From Octopus sinensis (lineage: Eukaryota): 64,000 nucleotides of DNA. The DNA lies in contig NC_043008.1 in the NCBI RefSeq assembly GCF_006345805.1, positions 20,460,001-20,524,000 of the forward strand. Direction: 5' to 3'. Position 1 is the stretch's first letter. Every line of letters starts with the position of its first letter. The position numbers and the translations under genes were made by a program. Positions 38,746 through 51,966 of the stretch are shown here, piece after piece. The notes below the pieces were generated by a model. It was not told the DNA's origin. It saw nothing but the letters and a program-made list of their open reading frames with translations, and made no database searches.

Positions 38746-39559
38746 ATATATATATATATAATTTATATATAATAAATATTATATATATAATGTATAAATA
38801 TATATGTGTATGTATGTATGTATCTATCTATCTATCTATCTATCTATCTCCCCCTTTCTCTGTATATATATATATATATATATATACATATATGTATATA
38901 TTCATATATACGTGTCTATGTACGTATGAATATAAACATTCATATATATATATTTCTAATAAATATAAATATATATGTGAATATATGTATGTATGCATGC
39001 TGAATATATGTATATGTGTATATATATATATATATATACATATATATATACATATATATATATATACATATATATGTATATATATACATGTATATACATA
39101 TATATATATATATTATATATAATATATATATATTATACATACATATATCATATATATATAATTATACATACATATATCATATATATATATAGGTGTGTGT
39201 GTGTATGTGTGTGTGTGTGTATCATTTAAATATATGCAGATATTCATGCGGGCAATTGTGTATGTACAATACTAAGTTTCAAATGTTATCACGAATGACG
39301 TGAGAGAATTGAAAACATGTATTGTAGCGCTATATTTAATAAGTCAAATTAGACGTAGTTAACCTATTGTTCCCTAAACGAAAATTTCGTGCTTGCATTA
39401 AAATCTCTGCCTCTGGCAGTTACCAAAAGATTGCAAGAAACTTGACATGCCACAGAATATGCCAATATGACCGTATAAATAACGCATATATATATATATA
39501 TACATAGACACACGTATTTATATATGTTTGTAAATTTTTATACATATATATCTATATAG

Positions 39560-39592
<33 letters not shown>

Positions 39593-40044
39593 TACATAAA
39601 TGTAAGTAGATATGTGTGTGTGTATATGTATATCGTATACAGAAACTTTACTCCAGAAACCGACATTTAATATATATGAATACCATTTTGTGATATTCAC
39701 ATATATATAAGTGTATATGTATACACAAAAAGTGTAATAAATAACAAGCACTTTATATTTTCCATCACCCACCGTTGACATAGCAATCACGTTCGGACAG
39801 TCCTGAGACTATATATACTATGCAGACATTTTAAAGCGACGTTACACGGATAATATACGTTAGAGGGGACGAATTACCAGCTGTGATGCAGACACTCAGC
39901 AGATCTATAGTTGATAAAAATGTGTTAATTTGAATGAACGTGAATATATTTTCGGGGAAACTTTCATACTACATGCATATATCTTACTCCAAACAAAGAT
40001 GCTGAGTGTCACTTTCTTTTGTCAACTCGTTCTTATATACGTGT

Positions 40045-40310
40045 GTGGAGGCAGCGGACTCGCGGTCATAGGATCGCGGTTTCGATTCCCAGACCGGGCG
40101 TTGTGAGTGTTTATTGAGCGAAAACACCTAAAAACTCCACTAGTCTCCGGCAAGAGATGGTGGTCACGCTGAATATCCCCGAGAACTACGTTAAGGGTAC
40201 ACGTGTCTGTGGAGTGCTCAGCCACTTACACGTTAATTTCACGAGCAAGCTGTTCCGTTGATTCGGATCAACCGGAACCCTCGTCTTCGTAACCGACGGA
40301 GTGCTTCCAC
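40045..40310 (+). mobile_element. Internally deleted SINE family A with an 8-bp TSD
   Basis: ATACGTGT occurs at 40037-40044 and 40311-40318. Confidence 0.9.
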
Positions 40311-40387
40311 ATACGTGTATTTATTTGTGCGTGTGTGTTTGTGTGTGTATGTGCGTGTGTCTGTATTATATATATACATACATAGAC

Positions 40388-40932
40388 ACATGTGTTGGAC
40401 AAAATAATGGAAACACCTTAAAATTTCAAACAAATTTATTTTAATATAGGGTAGGACCACATTTGGCAGTAACTACATATTGAATTCTATGAGTTATGGA
40501 CTCGTACAAAGTTTGAATTCTTTCCAAAGGAATTTCTCTCCACTCTTCAGCTAAAACAGTCTCCAGTTCTTGTAGGGATGATATCGACTCCTTACTTGTT
40601 TTTCTAAAATGCACCATAAATGTTCAATAATACTGCGATACGGGAGCTGTGGTGGCTAGAACGTTCATCGTGCCATTCAGTAACAACTTTATCTCTGTGA
40701 ATTGGGGCATTATCATCCAGAAACAGTTCCGCGATCATAGGATGAATTTGACCAGATAAATTGCTTAAATAGGCTTGAATATTAATTCTGCCATGAAGGG
40801 ATTCTATTGGGCCGGCGGATTTCCAAGATATAGCCCCCCACAGACACACACACCACACAGATCAACTGGGTCAAATGCTTCTTTTTGCTGTCTCCACACG
40901 TAAACTCGGCCAGTGGTCGGAAATAATGTAAA
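40388..40932 (-). mobile_element. Tc1-like transposase 3' fragment with right TIR
   Basis: FTLFPTTGRVYVWRQ...WGAISWKSAGP...DDNAPIH...LYESITHRIQ.V..AKCGPTLY*; TIR GTTGGACAAAATAATGGAAACACC at ~40394. Confidence 0.85.
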
Positions 40933-41270
40933 ATAAATGGAAGTGATATCTAGATGACTTCTTCATACTTTAGCATGAAAATATACAGAGACTTCAAGAA
41001 TTTCAGGCACTTCTAAATGGACTTGACATAAACATTCAATTTACGGTGAACAACAACTTCCATTCCTCGACAACCTTATTAAGAAATCCAACAACAAAAT
41101 AGAAATATACATATCCCATAATCCCACGAACTCTAAGCAATATCTACCGTTCAACTCATGCCACCCCATACACACTAGAATGAATAGCCCTTTTAACATG
41201 TCAAAAAGGATTTTTACTATAATATCTGATACAAGCACCAGGAACATGACTATATGGGCCAAAGGATACA
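40933..41270 (+). mobile_element. Penelope-like element reverse transcriptase fragment (decayed)
   Basis: WK*YLDDFFIL*...F..LLNGLDINIQFT and EQQLPFLDNLI...NPTNSKQYLPFNSCHP.HTR, matching the PLE RT signatures RYLDD, LN....I.FT, LPFLD and YL.F.S.HP. Confidence 0.85.
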
Positions 41271-41466
41271 ATCAGTAGGAAATACTAATCATTACTAATT
41301 GATATAGGTTTTCAACGGTACAATTCTTTACAAAAGGTATTTCTTGATAACATTATTGTAGTATTTTCTACCTTGTCCTATTTCCCTTACACATACACAC
41401 ACACACACACAAACACTCAGTACACACACACGCGCACACACACACACTCACACACGCACACACACA

Positions 41467-41513
<47 letters not shown>

Positions 41514-41578
41514 AGCCTCTGTGTATGTAGCAGTTTATCAATCGTTTCTCTTCTCTCCTTATCTATCTATCTATTTAC

Positions 41579-41613
<35 letters not shown>

Positions 41614-41979
41614 CTAGCAGTATCGCCCGGCGGTTGCTCAGGTGTAAGGGAAATAACTATAAAGCATTTTTAGAGAGTTATAGCCAAAAAATAGCAAAAA
41701 ATGGAAAAAAAAATAGATAGTAAATTGTTTTTTGAGATTTAAAAAAGGTGGAGTTGCGTCCCCTAGACAGTTTGTGGTGTGTTTCTTATTCTCGACCCAT
41801 GTCGAATTTATCGATTTTTTTCAGAACTGGGGGAACTTTTCAAAATTTTCGCTGCGTTAGTTTTGAATTATGTCATTGGGCTATGTGTGTGTCAAGTTTC
41901 ATCAGAATCGGTTGAAAGCCGTGGTCAGGGTGAGGGTACAAGCAAACAGACACACAGAAACACGCACAGACAAACTGCC

Positions 41980-41985
<6 letters not shown>
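41614..41985 (-). mobile_element. Non-autonomous Helitron, same family as 16896
   Basis: Colinear with 16896-17270; CTAG 3' end and hairpin; the 5' end merges into (TA)n. Confidence 0.85.
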
Positions 41986-42065
<80 letters not shown>

Positions 42066-42468
42066 CATATAATATATTATATATATATGTGTGTGGGTGT
42101 ATGTATGTATTCAATACCTCTTCTAAGTAGTATAGTTTGTAGATAAGAATGCGTGAATTCAATAAATGATTTACGTCGTATATTAGCTCTGCTGTGAAGT
42201 ATAATTTGCTTTCTGTCAGAAAACTTAATACAGTCGCAACTACTTTTCGGATCAACTGGGGACATTAGCTGTGATAGACTGTCTTGTTAGACTAACGAAG
42301 GTCACACTCGCGTTTCTTTAACGCTATACATAACGGATCAATATTTTACGCGCGTCTCTATTCGTGTCCATACTCATACATTATTTTGTGTAATGCGTCA
42401 CATATATATATATATATATATACACATGTCTACAAGTCTGTGTGGGTTTGTGTCTGTGTATATATACG

Positions 42469-42515
<47 letters not shown>

Positions 42516-42520
42516 ATATA

Positions 42521-43450
42521 CCGTATTTTCCGGTGTATAAGCCGCTATTTTCTACCTGGGAAAATTATTTTGTGGCTTATAGAAAGGTGTCGCTAATGTG
42601 TGTATTTTTTATAAGTTTTAGGAGGAAAATAATTTGTGTATGGAGATCGACTGATTCCCCTGAATTTTTCTGAGGAAAGGTCGGTCGGTGTACAACATGA
42701 AAGACTAGTGCTACAGAACATTGGTGCCCGGAAGAAAACAAACCATATTTGTTTTGTTTTATCTTCATGTTTTCATAATGTCATTTTTAATCTAATAAAG
42801 ACTTCAATATTGACGAAGTGCGTTTGTTGTTGATTATAGTATGATAAAATCATAACAATAGCAATAAATCTTATAATTGTTGTAAAGTGGCACCAAAGTA
42901 ATCATAATGTTCTTTGAAAGCACTATAAATATAGTTTTTCACATTTATTCGCTGTCTGGATCACTACTGAAACCCTCAAAATGTTCATCTTCAGTGTCTG
43001 AGTGGAATAATCCTGCCAGCTCTGGTGTAAGGCAAGTGTCGAAGTTCACACGTGGGTAATCGTCCTCACTGTCGAAATAAGAGTCGGAGTCATCTGGAGG
43101 TAGTATTTCAGCTTTCTTGAAACCGTTGACTACACACGTCTATGCTACGGACTTTGCTGCTGTAATCACACATCATGCGACTTCTGGAAGCGATGCAGCG
43201 CGGAGTCTTCTAGTTGCTATGAATGATTTTCTCCCGATATCATCCAGGTCTCCCACTGCATTCTCATATGCATGATGAATGTTTGGTTAACGCTGATGTC
43301 TAACGGTTGAAGTAACTTGGTCATTCAACCTGGTATAATGATCGGTGAAGTGCTTATATGGTCTAGGCCGTCCTTCGCGCTATCTGTGATATTGGCATTG
43401 CTCTTTGGCGGTGAAAGAACCCATCTGGATGCTTGGTATTCTCTGCTTGC
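42521..43450 (-). mobile_element. pogo-family transposon 3' fragment (DDE_1 transposase remnant plus TIR)
   Basis: KHPDGFFHRQRAM...IIPG*MTKLLQPLDISVNQTF.MHMR.QWETWM with an acidic C-terminus; TIR TA|CCGTATTTTCCGGTGTATAAGCCGC at 42519. Confidence 0.8.
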
Positions 43451-45042
43451 CTCTGTGGCACCTTTGATGTAGGCTGCTTTATTGTGGTTTGGTTGGATTC
43501 TTTTTTTTATTTCGAGTTGTCATTTTGTGGTGGGTAAATAGGGGGTTTCATGGTGGTGTTGGTCGACTTCTTTTTTCTTTCGGGTTGGCAGTCTGTCGCG
43601 GGTTTGTGGGTTGTTCCATTGTGGTGTTCATTGATTTCTTTCTGTCTTTCTACGGATCGTCAGTTAGTGGTTGGTTGATCAGTTGTTTTGTCGCAGGGTG
43701 TGTGTGTGTGTATGTGTGTGAATGTGTGTGTATGTGTGTGTGTGTGTAAAATTATAAATTAAGAGAGAAATACAATATAAAATTCATTTAACCAATGGAG
43801 AATATTATATAAAACGACAATTATTTTGCAACTTAATGAAACATTATATTTTGTAGTTTACTTAATACAACATATTTTATATTAAGTATATAACTTACAT
43901 GTCTGCATTAATATAAACAATCTTTAAATTAATGCAGATATTAAGTTATCTCTTCGGGTTAAAAGAAATCCATGTTAAAATATAATTCCTCGAGATAGTG
44001 TTTCAAGAAAGCAAAGTTAATATTTGTAAAGAAAAGCTTAAGAAATATGGAAGACAGTAATAATGAAACTTATACAAATTAATAAGACAGTTTTCTAAAG
44101 AAGGGAATGGAAATTTAATAGGATATTAAAAAGAAACTAGTAGATAACTTTGGTATAAGGAAAGGAAAGTTATATATTTATCATTAATAACCTAGAAAAC
44201 GAAATATCATAAAAGTAGAGAGAAAAATACGTAAAGTGACACGAAATGAAAGTTCTTGGAGATGGTGCTTACGAAATATAGGAATGATATTAACAAGAGA
44301 ATTTTGAACACTGTTAAATTAAAAATTAGATGTTTAAAGATATAAGCAAATATTTACATAATTTGGTGCTGTAGATGGGGGTAGCTTGAAGTATATAAGG
44401 TAAATACATAGAAAAGCAAAATTGATATGCATTCGTTGAAATAGTTTTTGAAAATATGCAATTATAGTTATATTACACCTAGACATACTACAAAATTTAC
44501 ACATAAAATGTTTGATAAATATTGTTAGCATCTATATAAGTTTAAAACGTTCTTCTCTGCTATCTCTGTTTTGTAGAATGATATATTAAGAACCGTTTTT
44601 TTTTTTTGTGAGTACTAGCGGATTAGTTGAATTCATATATTGTAAATTCAATTTTTCACTGATCTAGGTTCTATTTATGGCTAGGTATTAGCGGATATTT
44701 TTAAATTTCGTCTTCGGTGAATCTAGCTAAAGAAGACTAACCAAATTTACGATAACTAACGTACTCTGGAAATCCGAAACTTGAGTATTAGGTTCTCCAT
44801 TCTGGGTTGTCCCTTCCCAGAGATAAGATGAAATATTTTTTTATAAGTTCGCCGCCCGCTCACATCTTTGCGAGTATACATTCAGTGAAGCTTTACATAG
44901 CGCCGTACGGTTGTCGATTGCTATTTTCAGCAAACATTGTTGCCTTGTTGTGTTACTATTTCCTACTAATAATTCTACTTTTACGGTGCTTTATTTAACC
45001 GGAAAATAATAATATTGTATTGTAATAATATTGTTTACATCA

Positions 45043-45177
45043 TTTACATTTGACGGATATTTGTCCTCATCTTGTTTGTTATTAACTCAACATTTTAGCT
45101 GATATACCATCCAGCCTTCAGCAGGTGCCTTGGGGAAATTTCGAACCTGGGTTTTCATTCCTAGGGTATTTATGATA

Positions 45178-45208
<31 letters not shown>

Positions 45209-45588
45209 TATTATTATTATTATTCATGTCACTGCCTGGAATCGAACTTGGAATCTCGGGATTAGTAGCCCTTGTTCTTAACCACTACACCCACGGGCAT
45301 ATGGTGTAGTCGTTAAGAGCGTGAGGCTACTAACCCCGAGATTCCGAGTTCGATTCCAAGCAGTGACCAGAATAATAATAATCATAATAATAATAACATC
45401 GAAAAATACCTTAGGAATGAGAACCCACGTTCGAAATTTCCCTGAGACGCCTGAAGAAGGATGTAGGTTATATCAGCCCAAACGTTGTGCTAACAACAAA
45501 CAAGATGAGGACAAATATCCGTCAAATGTAAATAAGTTCAATAATTTAAATAATGTACATAATTCCTCATCTCTTTAATATAGAACTG
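45043..45588. mobile_element. Head-to-head palindrome of a tRNA-headed repeat with (AAT)n spacer and hammerhead-like tail
   Basis: Arms 45043-45291 and 45303-45533 are reverse complements around an 11-nt spacer. Each has an A/B-box-like head (TGGTGTAGT.G; (G/A)AGTTCGATTCC) and a degenerate CTGANGA...GAAAC motif. Confidence 0.85.
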
Positions 45589-46887
45589 TATTGTAATGAT
45601 ATTTATAATTTATATGTATATGTATGTACGTATGTACGTATGTATCTATGTATGTATGTATGTATGTATGTAGTATGTATGTATGTATGTATGTATGTAT
45701 ATATAGATACGTGTGTGTGTGTGCATAGATAGATATAAGGACATCCATACACATGCACACATGTGCAAATATACAAACACCCTCACACATATATATATAT
45801 ATGCATATAATATATTTATATATACATATAAACATCGACATATATATAATTATATGTATTTATATATGTATGTGTGTATGTACGTATGTATTTATGTATA
45901 CACACACACGCACACATATATATATATATAATTAAATTAAACAATATTTTCTATAATTAGTCGCATTAGCTTACACAGCATTATACACCGATGGCTGTTT
46001 TAATCTAATGCTGCGTCTGTTTTATATAGTGGTTTTTTATTCAGAGATATGTATGTAACTGTATCAAAATATATGAACATACACACTATTGAAGAGTATA
46101 ATTTTAATGATACCAATCATTATTAAAAGCGGATGTAATTACTTTCAATTATCATTTGTATAATTTTCTTTTCAAATATAAACACATTAACTTACCTAAG
46201 TATAATTTTCTGAATTTTCTAGCAAATGCTTAGCTTTTTGTATATGTTGTTCACATAATTGTATACATTATTCATGTTTGCGTGCATTTATAAAAACAAT
46301 TTGTAGGTATAGACTAGAATATTAATGCAAGATATTCGTGCTTTAAAGACCATTAATCAATATGTCAGTTAATACTCATTTTTCACTTATTTTATTTTGC
46401 ACACGTTGCAAAACACGAAATGACATATTAGTATTCTAACACACATTTATATACTAAGGCTGTGACAAAATTTCGGCCATTGTTTGAATGCAGATCTATT
46501 TTATAATAAAGCAATCTTATGAAGGAAATAACATGAGGTCGATATGACGTTTCATCCCCTCGGATTCGATAAAACAAATACCTGTTGAGCGCTGGGGTTG
46601 ATGCAATGTGGACGTATGGAATATTTAATAAAACTTACTGGGAAATGAAATGTAATGCATCAGTGACAAATATGTGTGCATTTATATACTAACAAGTATA
46701 TTTGTTTGCATTGAAATTTGTAGTAAGGCAATTGGTAAATTTTGACACATGCTCATTTTGCGCCATTATTATATTTTGACAATCTTTATTTTTTGTTAGA
46801 AAGCTAACACATCTATTTCTGTATTCTACCTCATTTTGCGCTTTATAAAGTATTTATAAATCATGTTTTTGCTATTTTTGTTTAGAG

Positions 46888-47906
46888 ATGGATAAGTGGG
46901 AAATTCGTACAGTTTTGAAATATGAGTTCTTTCTTGGGAATACAGCATCAGAGACAGCTCGAAGTATTAATGGAGTAGTTCATTAAAATGTTATTACACG
47001 ACATACAGTATAAAATTGCTTTGCAAAATTTCATTCTGGGAATTTGGGCCTCACAAATAAGCAACGCGGTTGACCAGAAACAATGGAGGATGATGACGAA
47101 CTGAAAACCACCGTCGAGTCAGAACCATCTCAAAGTGGCCGTGAATTATTGTTGTTGTTTCGTGTTAGCAAGCAAACAATATTGACTCACCTGATTCAAA
47201 TCGGTAAAGTGAAAAATTTGAATAAGTGGGTTCCACATAAACTCAATCAAAATCAGAAACAGCAACGTTTGGAAGCCTACATTATTCTACTTTCTCGTCA
47301 CAAAAATTAATAATTTTTTGATAGGATTGTAACATATGATGAGAAATGGATCCAATACAACAATCGCGAACGTTCAGCATAATGGCTGGACAAAGAGGAT
47401 GCACCAAAACACGATCCAAATAGCAAAATTCATCAAAGGAAGCTGATGGTGTGTATTTGATGGTCTAGCGCAGGTGTGATCCATTATGCTTTCATTAAAC
47501 CTGACTTATCAATCACGGTCAAAGTACGCTGCAGCCAAGTGGAACAAATGATGGAGACACTTACAAAAAACTGTCTAGAGAAGTCAACAGATCCACTTCT
47601 AATTTATTGCAAGACAGCGCCAGAACACACATCGCAAAAATGGCACTGGCGGAACTATAAGAGTTGGAGTTGGAAGTTCTCAACCATGCACCTTACTCAT
47701 CTGGTCTTGCCGCCACTGATTACCACTTCTTCCAGAATGTGGATACCTTTTTGATAGGAAAAAATTAATTCCGACAATGCTGTAAAATAGGCCTTCAAAG
47801 ATATTATTGACTCTAGATTGCCAGGCTTTTACACTTCCGGGCTGGACAAGCTACCGCTGAAATGGCAAAGTGTACTGACAATACGGGTTCATACTTTGCT
47901 GAATAA
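46888..47906 (+). mobile_element. Full-span but decayed mariner (Mos1/SETMAR-like DD34D) transposase
   Basis: MDKWEIRTVLKYEF..GNTASETARSIN...WVPHKLN...DRIVTYDEKWI...HAPYSSGLAATDYHFF...KLPLKWQ, with several stops and frameshifts. Confidence 0.9.
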
Positions 47907-47994
47907 ACCTATTCCTTGTATTTATAAAACATTAGCAAATTTTTGTCCTACAAATTTCCTACTTGACGATCTAATATATGTATAGTATATATAT

Positions 47995-48590
47995 ATACAT
48001 AATCCTTCTAAAAGCATGTAAGCGAGTCCTGGCTACACCACTACAGTCTCTCTTCCATAGCTTCCCTGCAACTGGCAAACTCCCAAGCAAGCTGATGCAA
48101 GGTAAAATATGCTCTATTCATAAAAGAGGTAGCAGAGTAGAAACCAAAAACTACAGACCTACCTCTCTAACCTTACACATAAGCAAAGTCATGAAACGAA
48201 TAGTCAGAGGAAAACTAATCACCTTTCTTGAGGAACATTACTTGCTGACTGACACCCAACATGGTTTCCGACCAGGAAGAAGCTGCCTCATTCAGCTCTA
48301 GTATACTATGACTGGGTGAGGAAACTGCAGCTCAACCATTCAAATGTGGTTGTGATATATCTCGACTTTGCAAAGGCCTTCGATAACTTCGATCCTGGAA
48401 TCATATGCCACAAAATGCGTGATCTCGGCATAGTCGAGAAATTGGGAGAATGGCTGCATGACTTTCTGAGGGATAGAAGTCAGGTGGTGGTAACCAACGG
48501 GGCCACCGCCAATAACACGCAAATAGTGAGCGGTGTTCTGCAAAGCACTGTTTTGTAACCAGTACTGTTCATAATGGCCCTCAGCCACAC
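47995..48590 (+). mobile_element. CR1-group LINE RT N-terminal fragment
   Basis: IHKRGSR...NYRPTSLT...SKVMKRIV...QHGFRPGRSC...IYLDFAKAFD...SGVLQSTVL*PVLF. Confidence 0.9.
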
Positions 48591-49049
48591 ACAGAAACTA
48601 TCACGTTACTAATAGTTTCGCGTTCATGCGTTCCTCAGGTGCAAATCGCAAAGTATTCCCAAAACTTTTGTTTAAACAGAGGAACAGTTTAGTACAGGCA
48701 CATAGATAAAGCATATTTAATGGAAGATAACATCTTCATGGGTAAAGTAAAATATAAATAAATATAAAATATAAAAATGAGTCAAAAGTATAAAATGTAC
48801 AAATTATTAAATTATTAAATGCAAACATACATATATATACACATATATATACGCTTAAATATATTTATATATATATATTTATACATACATACATACACAC
48901 ATACACACACACATATATATATACATATATATTCACATATATCTACAAATATACGTATATATACATGTGTGTGTGGTGTTTATTTTTACATACATGTAAA
49001 TATATACCTGTATATATACATACATACAAACATATATATATATATACAT

Positions 49050-49095
<46 letters not shown>

Positions 49096-49842
49096 GTGTA
49101 TATATAATATATATATACAAGTTTACACGTACATACGTATGAGTGTTTGTGTCAACAGCTGTATCAATAGAAACATTTTGAGAAACAAAAGAGTCACGTG
49201 GGACTGTCTCTGAAACAATTTGGTGTTCTTCCAAATATCTTTATTGATGATGTTGGTTTAGAAATTGGATGTAATTTACTTAAGAATTCAATGCTTGAGG
49301 TAAAAATGTATATTTCGGTAAACATGTTACGATGCAACCACTCTTCAAACATTATATATCTAGATAAGTGTGAGAGAATAACGTGTGTATAAGAATGTCT
49401 ATATATGTCCATGTAAATCACTCTTGCTTTATGTGTGCTTTAACACGTCTTAGCCTGTATTATGAATCTGTATTTGTGCGTATGCTACATAATTTTATTT
49501 ATAACTATTTTGTTCTTGCTATTGTTTCAATTACATTGCTGTGTAGATAAAGCATTGACTTACGTAATGGCAGTCACGTGTTTACAGCAGCTTTCTATCT
49601 AGAATTACGTTATGAAATATGAAGCGCAGTAAAGAAAGGCGTGAATTATCAATACCATAATGAGGACGAGATTCTACAAAACATTATTATAAGCTGATTT
49701 TAGGGAACTAGCCAGATTAATAGTATTACTGTACCCTTAAACAAGCCACATACTCAAACTGATTCATGTGTGCATAAAATCACTAAACCTAAGATGTATT
49801 AGCTTACGTTTATATTCTATGGAACATCCATAACTGTAAATA

Positions 49843-50339
49843 TATAGCCAGCTGGAGGAGGTGTCCTCCTGGGGTTACAAGCTACAGTAGCATCCATCCT
49901 TAGGGGTTAGCCATATTTAAATGGCAAATATACTTCACGGTGTGTTGCAGCTACTGTTTATACCTCGCTCAGAGATTTATTTTTGGTTGTTTACACTTTT
50001 TCGATATCAGTGTCTCTACGTCACTGGAAAAAAAGATATATATTTGCAGAAGAAAGCCTACTTTTCATCGGCAGCCATGATTGTCACACGCTGATGACGG
50101 ATCAATGCCCAGAAACTCGAGTCCGTGGGTATCATAGGCTGAAGATGGGATGGATGGCTTCCTTTGCAAATACTGATAGGGCACAGAAAGTGTGTCTATA
50201 GCTAGCTGGAAGAGGTGTCCTCCTGGGGCTACAAGCTACAATAGCATCCATCCTTAAGTGTTAGCCATATTTAAATGGCAAATATACTTCACGATGTGTT
50301 GCAGCTACTGCTTGTACCTCGCTCAGAGATTTATTTTTG
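49843..50339 (+). mobile_element. Retrozyme-like element: 1.4 copies of a 354-nt unit containing a type I hammerhead
   Basis: 143-bp direct repeats at 49843-49985 and 50197-50339 (9 mismatches); TSD (TG)TAAATA at 49835-49842 and 50338-50345; no TG...CA LTR ends. Confidence 0.75.
50066..50147 (+). ncRNA. Type I hammerhead ribozyme motif
   Basis: CTGATGA (50091-97), short stem II, GAAA, palindromic stem III ACTCGAGT and GTC cleavage triplet (after 50123). Stem I has ~19 bp with internal loops (CATC..CAGCCATGAT...CACACG / CGTGGG.ATCAT.GGCTG..GATG). Confidence 0.8.
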
Positions 50340-51080
50340 TAAATACATATTTACATAAGTATCTAAAAACAATGTTTAGAGAAGAAGCAGCCTTATGTAT
50401 GTAGATATACTCATGTATTGCAGTAATGTTTTTCGCTCTAAAGATGTCTCTTTCTTAGAGTGATTCACTGAATTTCAGTATTTATATTTGTGTGCACGTG
50501 TGTGTTAAGAGCTTGTTTATATATGTGTATGTTGTGCGTGTATGTGTCTGTGTTTGTGTTTGCGTATGTAGGTATGTGAACGTGTGTATTCGTATACACA
50601 CATATATATAGGCATATCTGATAATGATAATTCAGTTGACCAGTCAATTAAATAAATGCATTTTGTATTTGTAATTGATTGATTGATTATTCAGGAGGGA
50701 CGTGTACTTTTAAGTTGATAACAAAGCAGTAGCAATGAATATGTGCTACTTTTTATTGTTTTCAAACTTCACACCAATCGATTTTAATTTTCACATGATG
50801 ATGCGGTGAGACACTGCTATAGTAAAAAGTTGATAATTAAGCGGTTACGCAGAGGATTTCAAGCATAGACTTCGTAATTTCGATGTAAATTTCTTAAATA
50901 TTTCAACTACAGACAGGAACAGTCGTAATGAACGACGTGTAACGAACCAGAAGTTGTGAGATAAGAGACAATGAGTTTTATAAATGTTCATGATGCATTA
51001 AGCGCCTGCTACCTTTGTTTCATCAAGATTGTACATAACAATGACTATATTTATATATATATATATATGTGTGTGTGTGT

Positions 51081-51111
<31 letters not shown>

Positions 51112-51162
51112 TGTGTGTGTGTGTGTGTTGTGTGTGTGTGTGTGTGTGGTGTGTGTGTGTGT

Positions 51163-51622
51163 AGGCGTAAAAGTGACTATGTGGTAAGTAGTTTGCTTAC
51201 CAACCACATGGTTCCGCGTTCAGTCTCACTGCGTGGCACCTTGGGTAAGTGTCTTCTACTATAGCCTCGGGAGTGGATTTGGTAGACGGAAACTAAAAAG
51301 AAGCTCGTCGCATATATGTATGTATATATATATATACATATATGTATATATAGATGTGTGTGTGCCTGTGTGTGTGTAAGTATTTATGTATGTATGTGTG
51401 TGTGTTTATATATGTTCGTGTGCCTGTGTTTATCCCCCCAACATCGCTTGACAACCGATGCTGGTGTGTTTACGTTCCCGTAACCTAGCGGTTCGGCAAA
51501 AGAGACCGATGGAATTAGTAATAGGCTTACGACAAATAAGTCCTAGGGTCGATTTGCTTGACGAAAGGCGGTGCCCCGGCATAGCCACAGTCAAATGACT
51601 GAAACAAGTAACAGAGTAAAAG
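51163..51622 (+). mobile_element. SINE family B
   Basis: Head, CORE-like motif, internal microsatellite and conserved tail. Confidence 0.9.
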
Positions 51623-51908
51623 AGTAATAAATACATATATGCACGTGAGTGTATGTGCGCGTTCGCGCGCGTATATGTGTGTATACGTTTATAAATATGT
51701 GTGAGCGAAACGCATCCAGCATACATGAATAGGAACATGCGTTTCTATGTGTGTTCGTTTTACATCACATTCCTTTTTCTTTAATCTAGTGGAAAGAAAT
51801 TTAATCCATATATCTACGTATGCATATGAGTATATGTGTTTGGGCTTAGACATTTGCGAAGGTTAACAAGGTGACATGTATAGAGATAAAGAAAAATATG
51901 TTATATGC

Positions 51909-51966
<58 letters not shown>

